A stretch of DNA of 64,000 nt from Ascoidea asiatica JCM 7603 (taxonomy: Eukaryota > Fungi > Ascomycota). The first letter of the stretch is position 1. Each line of letters opens with the position of its first letter. The stretch is taken from positions 466,624-530,623 of the forward strand of contig BCKQ01000007.1 of NCBI GenBank assembly GCA_001600695.1, in the 5' to 3' direction. The position numbers and the translations under genes are program-made. This document shows, piece after piece, positions 10,840 to 23,391 of the stretch. The notes beneath the pieces were generated by a model. That model was not told where the DNA came from. It was given only the letters and a program-made list of their open reading frames with translations, and did no database searches.

Positions 10840-12953
10840 GAATTAACAACAAAAAGCTAATTTCACTGCTGAATTTTTTACATTTTTATTATTTTATATC
10901 TCTATTTCTATAATATATATCTACAATTATTATATCTATTTTTTATATCTACGTTTCATACCTAAAAATTCACTAAATCCACTTTCTTACAGTAATAGAC
11001 TATTAAAATTTCTTAATATAGTAATCTCCAAGATCATGTGCTTCTTACGTAATGAGAATTTAACTGTTGGCCTGTAAATTTGGTACCGATCTAATATACG
11101 CACTTGGACGCATGTGCCAGCTTCTTAATTGAAAGGGATTTTGCATAAATTGATTTGGATTAATTAATCAACCTAAAAGCTGGTCAATAAATTAATTAAT
11201 CAAAATTTCTTTTTTCACAACAGTGATTGATTAAGACAGTGATTATTTAAAACGGTTTCTAATTAAACCATTGATTAATTTTTCTTAATTGGGATAACTG
11301 ATTGATTAAAGAGATGATTTAACCAGTCGGTAATATTGATTTACTGATGGGAGAATTGATTTGCAACTACATTTTGTAAGCAGAAATCCCCCCTTCAAAG
11401 TTTATCATTTTTGGTAAAGTGATTGATTGATATAAATATGAAAACAGACTTTTTGAAAGATTATTGATTTTTCCTTTGGTAGAGTTTTTGAATTGAGGCT
11501 TTTCTAAATTAACTGAAATAATTAGTAAAACTGTTTTGTACCTTATTTCAATATGGTTACTATTTCTACTTGGTTTTAAAGCAAAAAAAATGATTATGAA
11601 AGCTCTTCCAACTCTCCATAAAATTTCTTTCGTTTTGGAATAGAAATATATTTTATAGAGAAATATATATTGTTTATATTCTTATGAATAATTTTACCAC
11701 AGTTCAGCCATATTACATAAAAGCCTCTTTGAACTTTCCACTATGAATATGTCCAAAAGGCTTGGATGCTTCAACATTGGATTTAATTAACCTAGGAAAA
11801 TAAAATTTATTACATTTTTGCCTATTAAAAAAAAGTACTCTCAATAAAATGGGCAAAGTAAGGTTTTCATTTTATCAATTTCAAGTTAAATAAATGAATA
11901 AAGGAGTATACTGTATGAATAAAAGTTGAAACACAAGTTTTAATTAAAACTCCATTAATGGAATTAATTGCAAAAAAATGTTGTTTCAAATGGTTTATTT
12001 TTGAATCAAAAGTTTTACTCTGAAAAAATTATTATTTACTGTTTAATAATAAACTGGTGTATATTTACAATGAGTTAACAATAGCAACTATGAACTTTCC
12101 ATACGGTTATGTACACTCGTAAAATCTTACTATGACAACATATAAATGTAACATACATAATATGTTATAAACAATTGTGGTGAATGTCAACAGTTATCGA
12201 TAAAGATAAAATTAAAGAAATTAGTAAAAACATTCAATACATACTGTATGTTAAGTAAATTGGTGCCCTTCTTAATTAAGCCCAAATGTTGGAATTTATA
12301 ATCCTTCTGTCAATTGATAACTTTATCAATTATTTTCTTAAGATTCAATTGTTAAAATTTGAAATAGATTTAACATGCCTCTTTTCTCAAACCTGAGAAC
12401 CACATGATTAGTCAAATTTTATTTTTTTTTTCTTCAAGACTAAACTTTCATTTTGATTCGGCAATGAAAAGCAAGTCCAAAAATTCACTACTTACTTATT
12501 TTAATAAGTTAACCGAGCTAAAAAAATTGAATCTGATAAGAACCAATTTTTCATTAGATTCAGTTATTCAAATGAAAGAGATCTAATCAACAAAAGAAAA
12601 AAAAAATTGCTGATTTGAATGATTGTTTTTATCAAAATTTTTAAAAATATTTTCTACTGGCTAATACTTACTACCGCAATAGACTATTACTGCCAATAAC
12701 ACTACCATAAAAGTTTCTCATATATAAATGAAAGGTTGCAGGAAAATCCATTCTAAAAGTAGTCAGATCTTGCATAGAGTTAGGTAATTTTTAAAATATG
12801 TTGCAAATTTTAGAAAATAAAACTGAAAACTAAAGAATTCTGGTAAATCATTGTTTATTAATTTTATGAACATTTCATGGGCAGGCAAAATGTAGAAATC
12901 TTTCATTGGCTGAAATATTATTTAACATTGAAAAATTTGAACCCATACCTTTC

Positions 12954-12964
12954 ACCTTAAAGGT
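12954..12964. promoter_or_regulatory. Perfect Zap1-type zinc-responsive element ACCTTAAAGGT
   Basis: Matches consensus ACCTTNAAGGT; ~780 bp upstream of the amino acid permease. Confidence 0.4.
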
Positions 12965-13746
12965 TTTGATCTAAATAGATATCATATTATATTTGATAAG
13001 TTATTTGGCTTTCCAAAGTTTTTTTTTTGCCTTTAAGCTCAAGCTCTTTATTGCCATAATTAAGATTGCTGTGCAATGTTATTGGTAGCCGTAACTCCAA
13101 ATCATCTGAACCGAAAGCTTATTTCAACTTTTTTTTAATATTTGCTTCTATAAAATTGGGTAGCGTACCGACAAGTTTCTAAAATAGCAAGAATAAAAAT
13201 TAATATTATTGAAGCAATAATAATAAAAAATAAATTTGTCAATATACCTTTGAAACGAGAACAGGTTTATTACTTGGGCTTTAATACTCAAATCTCAACT
13301 ATGAATTACATCAATTGCTTGTAAATGATAAATTCTGAATAAACTTATTTTTATATTGCATAAAGAAGCTTAGCAAAATTCCATATTGTTGATGAGATAA
13401 GAACATAGCAAAAATTTAAACACTTCCTATTTTTTCTAATAAAGGTATAAAAAACAAATTTTTGCAAATGTACCTTCATAACATAGAACTAAATTAAAGG
13501 AAAACTGAGTACTTTAGATCTATTTTTGATAATCATTTTGAACTATTTAAGTGCAAAGATTTTTCTTTCCTTTCTTCCAAAAAAGATAGCTTTAGTAAAT
13601 TTACATACAAGAGGTAAAATTCTTATTACAATAAATTTTTTTTTGATTTTTTGTGTTTTTATTTATCTGGTAAACTATTTTAAAATTTAATATAGCAATC
13701 TAAATTGAGCAATTCTGGTAAAAAAATTTAAAAAAATATAAAAAAA

Positions 13747-15462
13747 ATGAGTCACAGTTTAAGTGAGAAAAAAAGTCCTGAGTATTCTATCAATGAAGCA
13801 TCAATATCAACAGCAAATGCTAGAGAAGAAATAAATATAGAGTCGAAACTTGCAGACAATGCTTTAGATAGAAGTTTAAAAGCAAGACATCTTTCACTTA
13901 TTGCTATTTGTGGAGCTTTAGGTGTAGGTCTTTTAATTGGTACAGGTAAAGTATTAAAAAAGGCTGGACCTGGATCACTTTTTATAAGTTATAGTGTTGT
14001 TGGTTTCTTGGTCACAATTGTTATGACAGCCATTGGAGAAATGGCTACATACCTTCCAATGCGCCAGAGTTATACTGGTTATGCATCGAGATATGTTGAT
14101 CCATGTTTAGGATTTGCTTTTGGTTGGACAGTTGCCTGTGGAAATTTATTATCTCCTGCCGATGAATTTGTAGCAGGTGCAATGGTTATGAATTACTGGG
14201 TACCAACAGATAAAGTAAATGCTGGTGTTTGGGTGGCAATCATGATTGTTATGGCAAGTATTATAAATTATTTTGGGATTAAATGGTATGGTGAAGTTGA
14301 ATTTTGGATGTGTGCAGTTAAAATCATTGTCATTTTACTTTTAATGTTCTTAATGTTTATTTTGATGTTAGGTGGTGGCCCAGATCATGATAGAAAAGGA
14401 TTCAGATATTGGAAAAATCCAGGTGCTTTTGCAGAATATAAAAGTGGAGATGTTCATATCACAGGCAGCACAGGAAAATTTGTTGCTTTTACTTCATCAC
14501 TTGTTAATGCTGTTTTTGCCTATTTAGGTATAGAAGCAGTTGGTACTTTAGTTGGAGAAGCAGAAAATCCAAGAAGAAATATTCCAAGAGCAGTTAAGTT
14601 AAGTTTTTATCGTATTATTTTCTTTTATGTTGTTTGTACATTATTATTAGGTATGAATGTTGCTTATAATGATCCTTTATTAGCCACCGCTACTAGTTCA
14701 ACAACTTCTGCAGCAGCTTCTCCTTTTGTTGTTGCTGTTAAAAATAGTAAGATTAATGGATTAGATCATTTCATTAATGCATCTCTTTTGCTTTTTTGTT
14801 TTTCTTCTGGTAATACTGGATATTATAATTGTTCAAGAACATTATATTCATTAGCTAATAGAGGTCAAGCTCCAAAAATATTTATGTATACTAATAAAAG
14901 AGGTGTTCCAGTTTATGCTTTAGCACTTGCAATAGCATTTAGTTTATTAGGATTTATGTGTGTTAAAGAAAATGCGGATACTATATTTGGATATTTTGTT
15001 TCATGTATTTCATCATTAGGTGTTATGAAATGGATTAGTGTATTATTAAGTCATATTGGATTTATGAATGCATTAAAAGCTCAAGGTATTGATAGAAATT
15101 CATTAATTTATAAAGCACCTTGTCAACCATATGCATCATATATTGGTTTATTTTTATGTATACTTATTGCTCTTATTAAAAATTTTACTGTTTTCCTTGG
15201 TGATGATTTTGATTATAAGTCTTTTATTACGGGATATATTGGTATACCACTTTATTTAGCTTTTACTTTGGGGTATAAATTTATAATGAAATCTAAAAGA
15301 GTGAAATCAAGTGAAGCAGATTTATTCACAGGAAAAGATATTATTGATAGAGAAGAAGAAGAATTTCTTCAAGTTAAAGAAGCTAAAAAAGCAGAAAGAA
15401 AAGAATCGGGAAAGAAAGATTTAACCTGGTTATATGAACACTCAATTGGATATATTATCTAA
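13747..15462 (+). CDS. DIP5: YAT/APC-family amino acid permease, DIP5-like
   Basis: LKARHLSLIAICGALGVGLLIG, GEVEFW, GGGPDHDRKGFRYWKNPGAF, GEAENPRRNIP; family certain, orthology probable. Confidence 0.8.
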   Translation: MSHSLSEKKSPEYSINEASISTANAREEINIESKLADNALDRSLKARHLSLIAICGALGVGLLIGTGKVLKKAGPGSLFISYSVVGFLVTIVMTAIGEMATYLPMRQSYTGYASRYVDPCLGFAFGWTVACGNLLSPADEFVAGAMVMNYWVPTDKVNAGVWVAIMIVMASIINYFGIKWYGEVEFWMCAVKIIVILLLMFLMFILMLGGGPDHDRKGFRYWKNPGAFAEYKSGDVHITGSTGKFVAFTSSLVNAVFAYLGIEAVGTLVGEAENPRRNIPRAVKLSFYRIIFFYVVCTLLLGMNVAYNDPLLATATSSTTSAAASPFVVAVKNSKINGLDHFINASLLLFCFSSGNTGYYNCSRTLYSLANRGQAPKIFMYTNKRGVPVYALALAIAFSLLGFMCVKENADTIFGYFVSCISSLGVMKWISVLLSHIGFMNALKAQGIDRNSLIYKAPCQPYASYIGLFLCILIALIKNFTVFLGDDFDYKSFITGYIGIPLYLAFTLGYKFIMKSKRVKSSEADLFTGKDIIDREEEEFLQVKEAKKAERKESGKKDLTWLYEHSIGYII

Positions 15463-16710
15463 GAGTAATTTTCTAATAATTTTTGACTAATATTACGTTA
15501 TTATTATACCAAACTTTGTCTAAGTTTTTACTTTACGTCGGTATACATTCACTCCTTTATGCTATTCAGTTCTGTTTTTTTTTCTCCATTTTTCAATTAT
15601 ATCCTCCAAGTTACTGTCAACACATTTTTTTATTAAACTTTTTATTATTATTAATATTATCATCAACCTATTATTGAGTATCCAAGTAAAAATTGTTTTA
15701 TCAATCAATTTTGATTATATTGTTCAATTACATCCTTATCATAAAATTATCTATCAATCCATCCGAAAAATTATTATCAAATTCATCTAGATCATTTTAC
15801 TATCTTTTTCAAAAAAATGCAATACTTAAGTAAATGATAAAACAAAGATATTTAAAACTCAAAACAACTTTATTTTTGGATTCAAATCTCAATCAAATCA
15901 CTAGTCGCTCGCTTAATCAACCAATTTCAATTCTCTTTTGAATTTTGCTTATATTTGCTAAATTTTCTTTAGCAATACTTATTTATTTTTAATTTTTGCA
16001 ATTACTTTATGATATTGCTTTTATATGGTCTCTTCTTTTTTTGCCCAGGAAAAGAAAAAGACTCATTATTTATTAAAAATCATATATGTAATACAGTATA
16101 ATAACTGAACATTATTTTTATTGTATTATGGTTTATTATGATTTATTACGGTATATTATTCCTTCTTTTAGCTTTTATGCCAAGTCACTCGCTTAGATTG
16201 TTTTTATTTTCTTACTAGCCATTGAAGTGTTTATTGAATCTATTCTTTGAATGCTTTTGGTTTAAACCTTTTTATAAAATTTTTATAATACTTTTTTATA
16301 GTACTTTTTTATAAATCTTTTTGCAATTCTCTTGCAAATCTTTTAAAATTATATTTTTCATACTGTATGTATAAACTTCGATTAAATCGATCGAATTCGG
16401 CCAAGTTCCGACAAAATTATCTATTGCAAAATTATGGCAGGTGACTTCAAATAAAACCGACTTTTAGACCCCTTTTTAGTATAAACCCGCAGTGCTGGGT
16501 TTCGAATGCTGGTTTCTGTCACTGTGAGAAGTATCAAACTGACAGAACAGGCGTAACATTAAGTGCTGGGTGATAGCACAGAGGAATTGATAATGGATAT
16601 CCAGAATTCGATTCAGCAAAATCTTTAGAATCAACAAAAGATTTTCAAAAAAAATAGTACAGTAGTATAAAAGTAATAATAGTAAGGATAATAAGAAATA
16701 TAATAAGGAA

Positions 16711-17592
16711 ATGTCTTTATTTTTCAAGGCCCCTTTGGATATTGAAGTAAGATTAGATGGAGAAGATACTCGTCAACATGTAGAAGTTAAGAATCGAAAG
16801 GGAAGAAAAGAAAAATTACCATTATATGAGGATGGTGAATCTGTTAAGGGGCAAGTTACAGTCAGAGTAAGGGATGGACGTAGAGTTGAACATCATGGTG
16901 TTAAAATTCAATTAATTGGTACAATTGAAACTCATACAGATGGTTTAAATAATGATAATTTTTTATATTTAGTTCAAGAATTATCATCACCTGCAGAATT
17001 AAAACATCCAGAAAATTATCATTTTGAATTTAAAAATGTTGAAAAACAATATGAAAGTTATAGAGGTACAAATGTTAGATTACGTTATTATTTAAAATGT
17101 ATTGTTCAAAGAAAATCTGCAGATGTTGTAAGAGAAAAAGAATTATGGGTTTATGGTCATCAAATTCCACCAGACACTCCAACAAGTGTAAAAATGGATG
17201 TTGGTATAGAAGATTGTTTACATATTGAATTTGAATATTCTAAATCAAGATATTCTTTGAAAGATGTAATAGTTGGTAGAATTTATTTTCTTCTTGTAAG
17301 ATTGAAAATTAAACATATGGAATTATCATTAATTAGAAGAGAAACTATAGGTACACCTCCAAATCAAGTTTCTGAATCTGAAACTTTAGTTAGATTTGAA
17401 ATTATGGATGGTGCTCCAGTCAGAGGTGAAGCTATACCAATAAGATTATTCCTTGGAGGTTTTGATTTAACTCCAACTTTTAGAGATGTAAATAAAAAAT
17501 TTTCAACAAGAACTTTTTTGAGTTTGGTATTAATCGATGAAGATGCAAGACGTTATTTCAAACAAAGTGAGATAATTCTTTATAGAGAATAA
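16711..17592 (+). CDS. VPS26: Retromer subunit Vps26
   Basis: FKNVEKQYESY, KMDVGIEDCLHIEFEY, EIMDGAPVRGE, DEDARRYFKQSEI. Confidence 0.97.
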   Translation: MSLFFKAPLDIEVRLDGEDTRQHVEVKNRKGRKEKLPLYEDGESVKGQVTVRVRDGRRVEHHGVKIQLIGTIETHTDGLNNDNFLYLVQELSSPAELKHPENYHFEFKNVEKQYESYRGTNVRLRYYLKCIVQRKSADVVREKELWVYGHQIPPDTPTSVKMDVGIEDCLHIEFEYSKSRYSLKDVIVGRIYFLLVRLKIKHMELSLIRRETIGTPPNQVSESETLVRFEIMDGAPVRGEAIPIRLFLGGFDLTPTFRDVNKKFSTRTFLSLVLIDEDARRYFKQSEIILYRE

Positions 17593-17691
17593 TTGAATTG
17601 AATTGAATTGAATCGAATCGAATTGAATTGAATTGAATTGAATTGAATTGTATTGTATTGTATTGAATTGAATTGAATTGAATTGAATTGA
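17591..17691. repeat. (AATTG)n pentamer microsatellite with AATCG/TATTG variants
   Basis: About 20 units directly after the VPS26 stop. Confidence 0.95.
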
Positions 17692-17941
17692 AGTAATAAA
17701 TCTTAGCTTTAACTAGTAATCTGAAATATACTTGTGTAGGTATGTAATAATTTCATGATGTAATGAAAAAAGAGACCCGAGTTTCTGGACTCGATTGCGA
17801 TCCTTGATTTGGATAACTGTCAGGGTATTTTTGACTTAGTTGCTTGGTTTGTTATTAAATAATTTATTATTTCTTTATTTCTTTAGTTATTTCTTTAGCT
17901 ATTTTAATATATAATCATGAAAAACAGTAGATTATTTCAAA

Positions 17942-18688
17942 ATGAGTTCAAATGCAAATAAGGAAATTATAATTGATGAAAAAGATCCTGGTTATCCAAA
18001 ATTAAAAGCTCCATATGTTAAATTATATACAATGGATACACCAAATGGTGTAAAAGTTTCAATTTTATTACAATTATTGAAAATTAAATATTATATAAGA
18101 TATATTGGAATTTGGACTAATGTTCAAAAAGAAGATTGGTTTATCAATTTAAATCCAAATGGTAGAATTCCAACATTATCTCATGTTAATTCAAAAGGGG
18201 AAAGAATTTCAATTATGGAAAGTGGTGCAATAATGTTTTATATATGTGATAAATTTGATTTAAATTTCAAATATCATTTTAAATTTGGTAGTAAAGAATA
18301 TTATGAATGTTTACAATGGTGTTTTTTTCAAACTGGTGGTATTGGACCAATGCAAGGTCAAGCTAATCATTTTTTAATATATTCAAAAGAAAAAATTCCA
18401 TATGCAATTGAAAGATATTTAAAAGAAACTAAGAGATTATATAATGTTTTACAAATTCAATTAATTAAAAATAAAACTGGATATTTAGTTTCTAATCATT
18501 TATCAATTGCAGATATTATAAATTATGGTTGGGTTCAAGAATGTGGAGTTCTAAATATTGATTTAAAAAATGAATTTCCTATACTTTATAAATGGTTTAA
18601 TTCAATTGATTTATTACCTGAAACTCAAATTGGGTTGAATGCAACTGCCAATTATAAACCAAATCAAATTAATATGAATTCTATCTAA
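17942..18688 (+). CDS. Glutathione S-transferase, Ure2/YfcG-like
   Basis: TPNG, NPNGRIP, ESGAI, GPMQGQANHF, SIADI. Confidence 0.92.
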   Translation: MSSNANKEIIIDEKDPGYPKLKAPYVKLYTMDTPNGVKVSILLQLLKIKYYIRYIGIWTNVQKEDWFINLNPNGRIPTLSHVNSKGERISIMESGAIMFYICDKFDLNFKYHFKFGSKEYYECLQWCFFQTGGIGPMQGQANHFLIYSKEKIPYAIERYLKETKRLYNVLQIQLIKNKTGYLVSNHLSIADIINYGWVQECGVLNIDLKNEFPILYKWFNSIDLLPETQIGLNATANYKPNQINMNSI

Positions 18689-18808
18689 ATATTTTTTCCT
18701 TTCTCTAAATATAAGCTAAATATATATATATTATCTTATCTCTATCCATATACTTAAAAAAAATGAATAAAATATTAAAAAATATAAAAAATTAAAACTA
18801 AAAAATAA

Positions 18809-18881
18809 TGGACGAGTCCGGAGTCGAACCGGAGACCTTCTGCATGCAAAGCAGACGCGCTACCAACTGCGCTACACGCCC
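18809..18881 (-). tRNA. tRNA-Ala(UGC)
   Basis: Reverse complement GGGCGTGTAGCGCAGTTGGTAGCGCG TCTGC TT TGC AT GCAGA AGGTC TCCGG TTCGACT CCGGA CTCGTCCA; G3:U70 present. Confidence 0.96.
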
Positions 18882-19347
18882 ATATATTATAAATAATATA
18901 AATGTCTTCCAAATAACAAAGTCACAAATTGACAAAAAAGAGGAACTTTTTGAATTTTTCTTGGCAGGCTAAAAACAAAGCCGACCCGGCTCCGAAGTGC
19001 CGCCAATCGATTTGAATCAAACGAAGTGAATAAATGATTGAATAATTGAATGAAATGGCAGTTAACGAATATAAATGATACCCTTTTTCTTTTTCAAGAA
19101 ATTTGAAGTCTAACTCGAATAACTTATATTACTTTGGAAAGGATAACATGAACACTCTTTAGGAAAAGAGTATAACTAAAGAAAATACTGAATGGAAAGT
19201 TAAATGCTTTATTTTTTCCTTTTAAGTTTAGAGTGATATAATAATATCTTCATAGAATTAGTCAAAAAAATTGATTATGATTTCAAATAGTTTTCAAATT
19301 TATTAAAGAGAAAACATTTAACTAACCAATCTACTTCATTTCGAAAA

Positions 19348-20163
19348 ATGTTTGATGATTTTATAGGAATTTTAGAAAAGAAAAACCTTCAAATAAATAA
19401 TAATAATAATAGTAAGATTATTAACAATAAAGATGATAAAATAAATAAAGATGATAAAATAAATAATGATGATGAACATTTAAAATTAAATATAAATTTA
19501 GATGAGATTATAAATATTGATGAATTAAAAGATAAATTTTTAAATAAAGAAAATGAATCAACTAAATTATATTCAAAATATTTAATTCCAACAAAAGATA
19601 AAAATTTCTTCAATGAATTTCCAAGAAAATCTTCTGATTGGGATAATAATCATCATAATTTTAATAGTGATTTTGAACCATTTTTAAAATGGTTTCCAAT
19701 TTTCAGTCAAAATTTTTTTATAATTAATTGGTTATATCCTAATTTTAAAAAAGATTTAAATTTATTCAATAAAATCGATAATAATAATATTATTATTAAT
19801 GATAATGATGATAAATTAAAAATCTTATTTAATGCAAAACCAATTCCAACTAAATTTGAAAAAAAATTATGTTTCAATTTAAATGGTAATGGTTTATTTG
19901 ATAAAAATGGTATTTGGTCTTGTTATTTTATAAATTATAAAAAATTATCAAAAAAATATAATTTAAATATTAATCAAAAAGATAAAATTTTATCTAATTT
20001 TATTAATGATAATAATAATAATAATAAAAATAATAATTACAATGAAGAGGTTCTTAATGGAAATAAAAATCTATACTTCACAACTTTTAATGATTTCTTA
20101 AAATGGTCTCATGATAATCATACTCATAATCTAAATCATAACCTCAATCATAATCATTCATAA
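19348..20163 (+). CDS. Mpm1-like (mitochondrial peculiar membrane protein) / hypothetical protein
   Basis: PIPT...C....G.GLFDKNGIWSCYF and YFTTFNDFLKW resemble the conserved Mpm1 blocks as I recall them. Confidence 0.45.
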   Translation: MFDDFIGILEKKNLQINNNNNSKIINNKDDKINKDDKINNDDEHLKLNINLDEIINIDELKDKFLNKENESTKLYSKYLIPTKDKNFFNEFPRKSSDWDNNHHNFNSDFEPFLKWFPIFSQNFFIINWLYPNFKKDLNLFNKIDNNNIIINDNDDKLKILFNAKPIPTKFEKKLCFNLNGNGLFDKNGIWSCYFINYKKLSKKYNLNINQKDKILSNFINDNNNNNKNNNYNEEVLNGNKNLYFTTFNDFLKWSHDNHTHNLNHNLNHNHS

Positions 20164-20479
20164 TTAATTCATATTCTACATCAAATAATCTATATTCCAT
20201 ACTTAGTTATATATTTCATATTCAAATTCTATTAATTATTCACAATAAACTCGTCGACGATTCAAATTTGATTGTTCATAACATTTATGCTTTTCGTTTT
20301 CAATCTATTTATTTTTTATTCATTATTTTCTATTTCAAGTATAAAACTATCTTTCACAACCTTTACATCTTTTATTAAATTTGTTCTTCTAGTACAATGA
20401 TCAACCTTTATATTTCAATCGTGATAGCACTAGCACTTGATCAATGCCAAAAGTGAAATTTAGCTTATTTATTTATTAC

Positions 20480-21320
20480 AGATATTCTTTATATAAAAAA
20501 GGTTTTCTTTCATCATAATTATCATCATCAGCAATCAATCAACTATTAAAAATTCAAACCTATTTCAAACTATCACAGGTAATAATAATAATAATAATAC
20601 TAGTACTAATAATAATTTTTTCTTCCATATCTAATAATACAACTACTAATGATAAGAATCACCTAGATAATTATACAAATATCATTATTCCCAATAACAA
20701 AACAAGAAGATATGATTTTTTCTTTAAATTTTCATTTCTCAAATGATAAATCTAATGATTTAAAGAAAAATACCAACAATAGTGATAACAAAAATGAAAA
20801 TTAAAACTTAAAGGTCCTGTATGTACAATCAAATTCTGTATTTTAATTCAATTAAAAAGGTAATACATCTACTAAAAAAATAGAAAAAAATGAAAATGAA
20901 AAAGTTGATGAAAAACCAAAAGAAAGTAAAGTTGAAGCAAAAAAATTAGTTTTTTTTTCTACACTTTATACTCCAATACAAATACAACCATTACTATTTT
21001 GAATAATACTGAAAACAACAATGATATATGTACTGGAAGAAATTGAATTTATAAAAAAATGTAGTTTATTAAAGCTCAATAAAGGAAATAAACAATCAAG
21101 ATTTTTATTGAGAGCAGAAGAGTCTGACAGAACTTTGTATAATAGTTTCTCAAATAAAACAATTAATTATGACATTGTTGAAGAATATACTAAAGTTTCA
21201 ACACTAATTGTTGATAAAGGTGGTAAACAGTCTTTTTATGTTCAAATGTTTTTATGTTAAGAGCTAAAGATTATAGTGAATTAATTAAAATGATGAGTAT
21301 TGATCAAAGATTTTATTGAA
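20480..21320 (+). pseudogene. Decayed fragment of a Nup2/Nup50-like Ran-binding-domain gene
   Basis: KQSRFLLRAEESDRTLYN...Y...V and, after a frameshift, MLRAKDYSELIK resemble the C-terminal half of a RanBD; upstream broken Asn/Ser/Lys/Glu-rich coding-like sequence; boundaries approximate. Confidence 0.45.
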
Positions 21321-22119
21321 CACATTATTTATATTTTTCACTCTTTCTTTATGATTTACAATTTTTAATTTAGTCTTTCATTTTTTTTATCAATAATTGG
21401 ATTATTATGTTAAACACGTATTTCCAAAAAAAATTTATTAATTCATTTCAATGAAATTCCATTTAATAAACAAACAAACAAGCTCTTTATATGAATTGAA
21501 GGAAACGTAGTTGATTGTATTTTCTCTTCATTGAATTAAAACAATAGGTTCATGACTATAGAAAAATCAATAAGTAAAAGTTAAAAGCACTTTAAGGGCC
21601 AATGTTGCTATATAGACTGAATATCGAAATGGAACACAAATTCTAAAATGTACCATTGGCCGCTTAACATTTTTATAAAAGCAACCAAAGTAAATAAGGT
21701 TGCAGTGAGATACAGTAAGGATAACCTTAATTAACCTTAAATTTTTCATTATATTAAATGAGAAATTGAGGTATTTTTTGTACTCAAATTGCTAAATTTC
21801 ATTATTTCTTGTTCTTTTCAATTTTTAAAAATCATTTATGTTTACTTTATTTTTCATAGAGAATTTAGGTATTTTCCATGGTTTCTCAACTCAAGTATTT
21901 AATATTCAATATCTGAGAATCGACATAAAAAGAGTATTTTCCTTTAACAGGGTTCTTATTTTTTTATTTTAATTTATACATCATTAATAATTGATTTGAT
22001 CAAGTCTAGTCAAAAACTTATGATTCTTAAAATTAACCTTTCAAATTTAATTTAGTTTTAAATACAAATATCAAAAAAAAAAAGATGAAAATGAATATGA
22101 ATATGATAACGAATGAAAA

Positions 22120-23160
22120 CAATTAATGAAAAATCTCAATATGCATATAAATTGATAAATAATGCTTTACTTCCAAATTTTAATGTTGAGGACTCAAAAT
22201 TATTGATTAATGCACTATATTCCCCAAATAATTCTTACATCAGTCTTTTGCAGGAATCAAAAACTCAAATTTAAAGATATTTTTTTAATGATAAAATACA
22301 AATATAAAAAAGATCATTGACTCATGTTATTGGGATGTTTAATTTGTTTATTGATATGGATGAACACTTTTTAATGTCATATATATCCAAAATTTATGTA
22401 CATTCCCTTATTGAAACTTTTTTTAGTAATGGATCAAAGTTTTTCAGAAATTTATCAAAATACATTTCTTCAATAATGGAAGATAAAGTTCAAATTGAAA
22501 ATATCAATAATGATTTAAAACCAATTTTGTTAAAGTTTTTTTTTTGTGATTCTTTTAAAGTAAATTTTGATTTTTTTTATAAGTTTTCTTCTTCTAACTC
22601 ACACTCCGGTAAAGATAAATTTATTGATAATTCTCGAGATAATACAACAAAAGACTTAATGAATTCACTTGGTCTATTATTGACTCTTGGGGATGATAAT
22701 ATAACTCTGGTGTGAAATTTTTATTTTTGAGCTCTTTCTTGGTTCCTTGAAAGTTTGCTTGAAAACTTTGGTTAAGACTTTAATTGTCATCATCATAAAT
22801 TTTCCATTCTGATCAAATCAATAAAAAAGGCAGAAAATAGAATCAAAGAAGAGAGGGAAAATAAAAATGGTGTAAGATATCATTATTACTATTATTATGA
22901 ACCAATGTATCTTGGTATGATTGCTATTTCAAAAAATCACTATAAATCAATTGTTCAATTAGCTTGATCAGCAAGAATTAATTATAAAAAAATTAGAACA
23001 AAAGCTTTTTTTCCACATTCCAAAGGAAATACCTCAAAGGGTTTGGATATCATGTTCCAGCTCCTGAAGAAGATGAACCAAACGATTTATGCCTTTTTGG
23101 TAAACAATATATCCCAATCGACATTTTTTCATAATCGAAAAATCAAAACCTTGATATGGT
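22120..23160 (+). pseudogene. Decayed gene of unidentified family
   Basis: Coding-like frames linked by stops and shifts: ...DKFIDNSRDNTT..SLGLLLTLGDDNITLV*NFYF*AL..., GVRYHYYYYYEPMYLGMIAISKNHY, GYHVPAPEEDEPNDL. Confidence 0.5.
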
Positions 23161-23391
23161 TAAAAACTGTCTTAAATTCATTTTACTTACTTTGTTTTAT
23201 ATACCAATTCACTTTATTTTATATAATTTAAAAGAGCATCGCTTTTATCATCATTTCACATATTCCAAGCTATATAATTTGACTCTTCAAGATCCTTAGA
23301 GACCCTTTTTTGCATTTTTATTCAAATCGTCATTTAAACTGCTAATAATATTGTCCATTTCATAATTTTAACCAATTTAATAAGTTTAAAG

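Noticed and set aside
16500-16560. TPP riboswitch (TGAGAAGTA...AACTGA)
   Set aside because: Lacks the GAT..GG.TAAT.CC.GCG P4/P5 elements and is not linked to a thiamine gene
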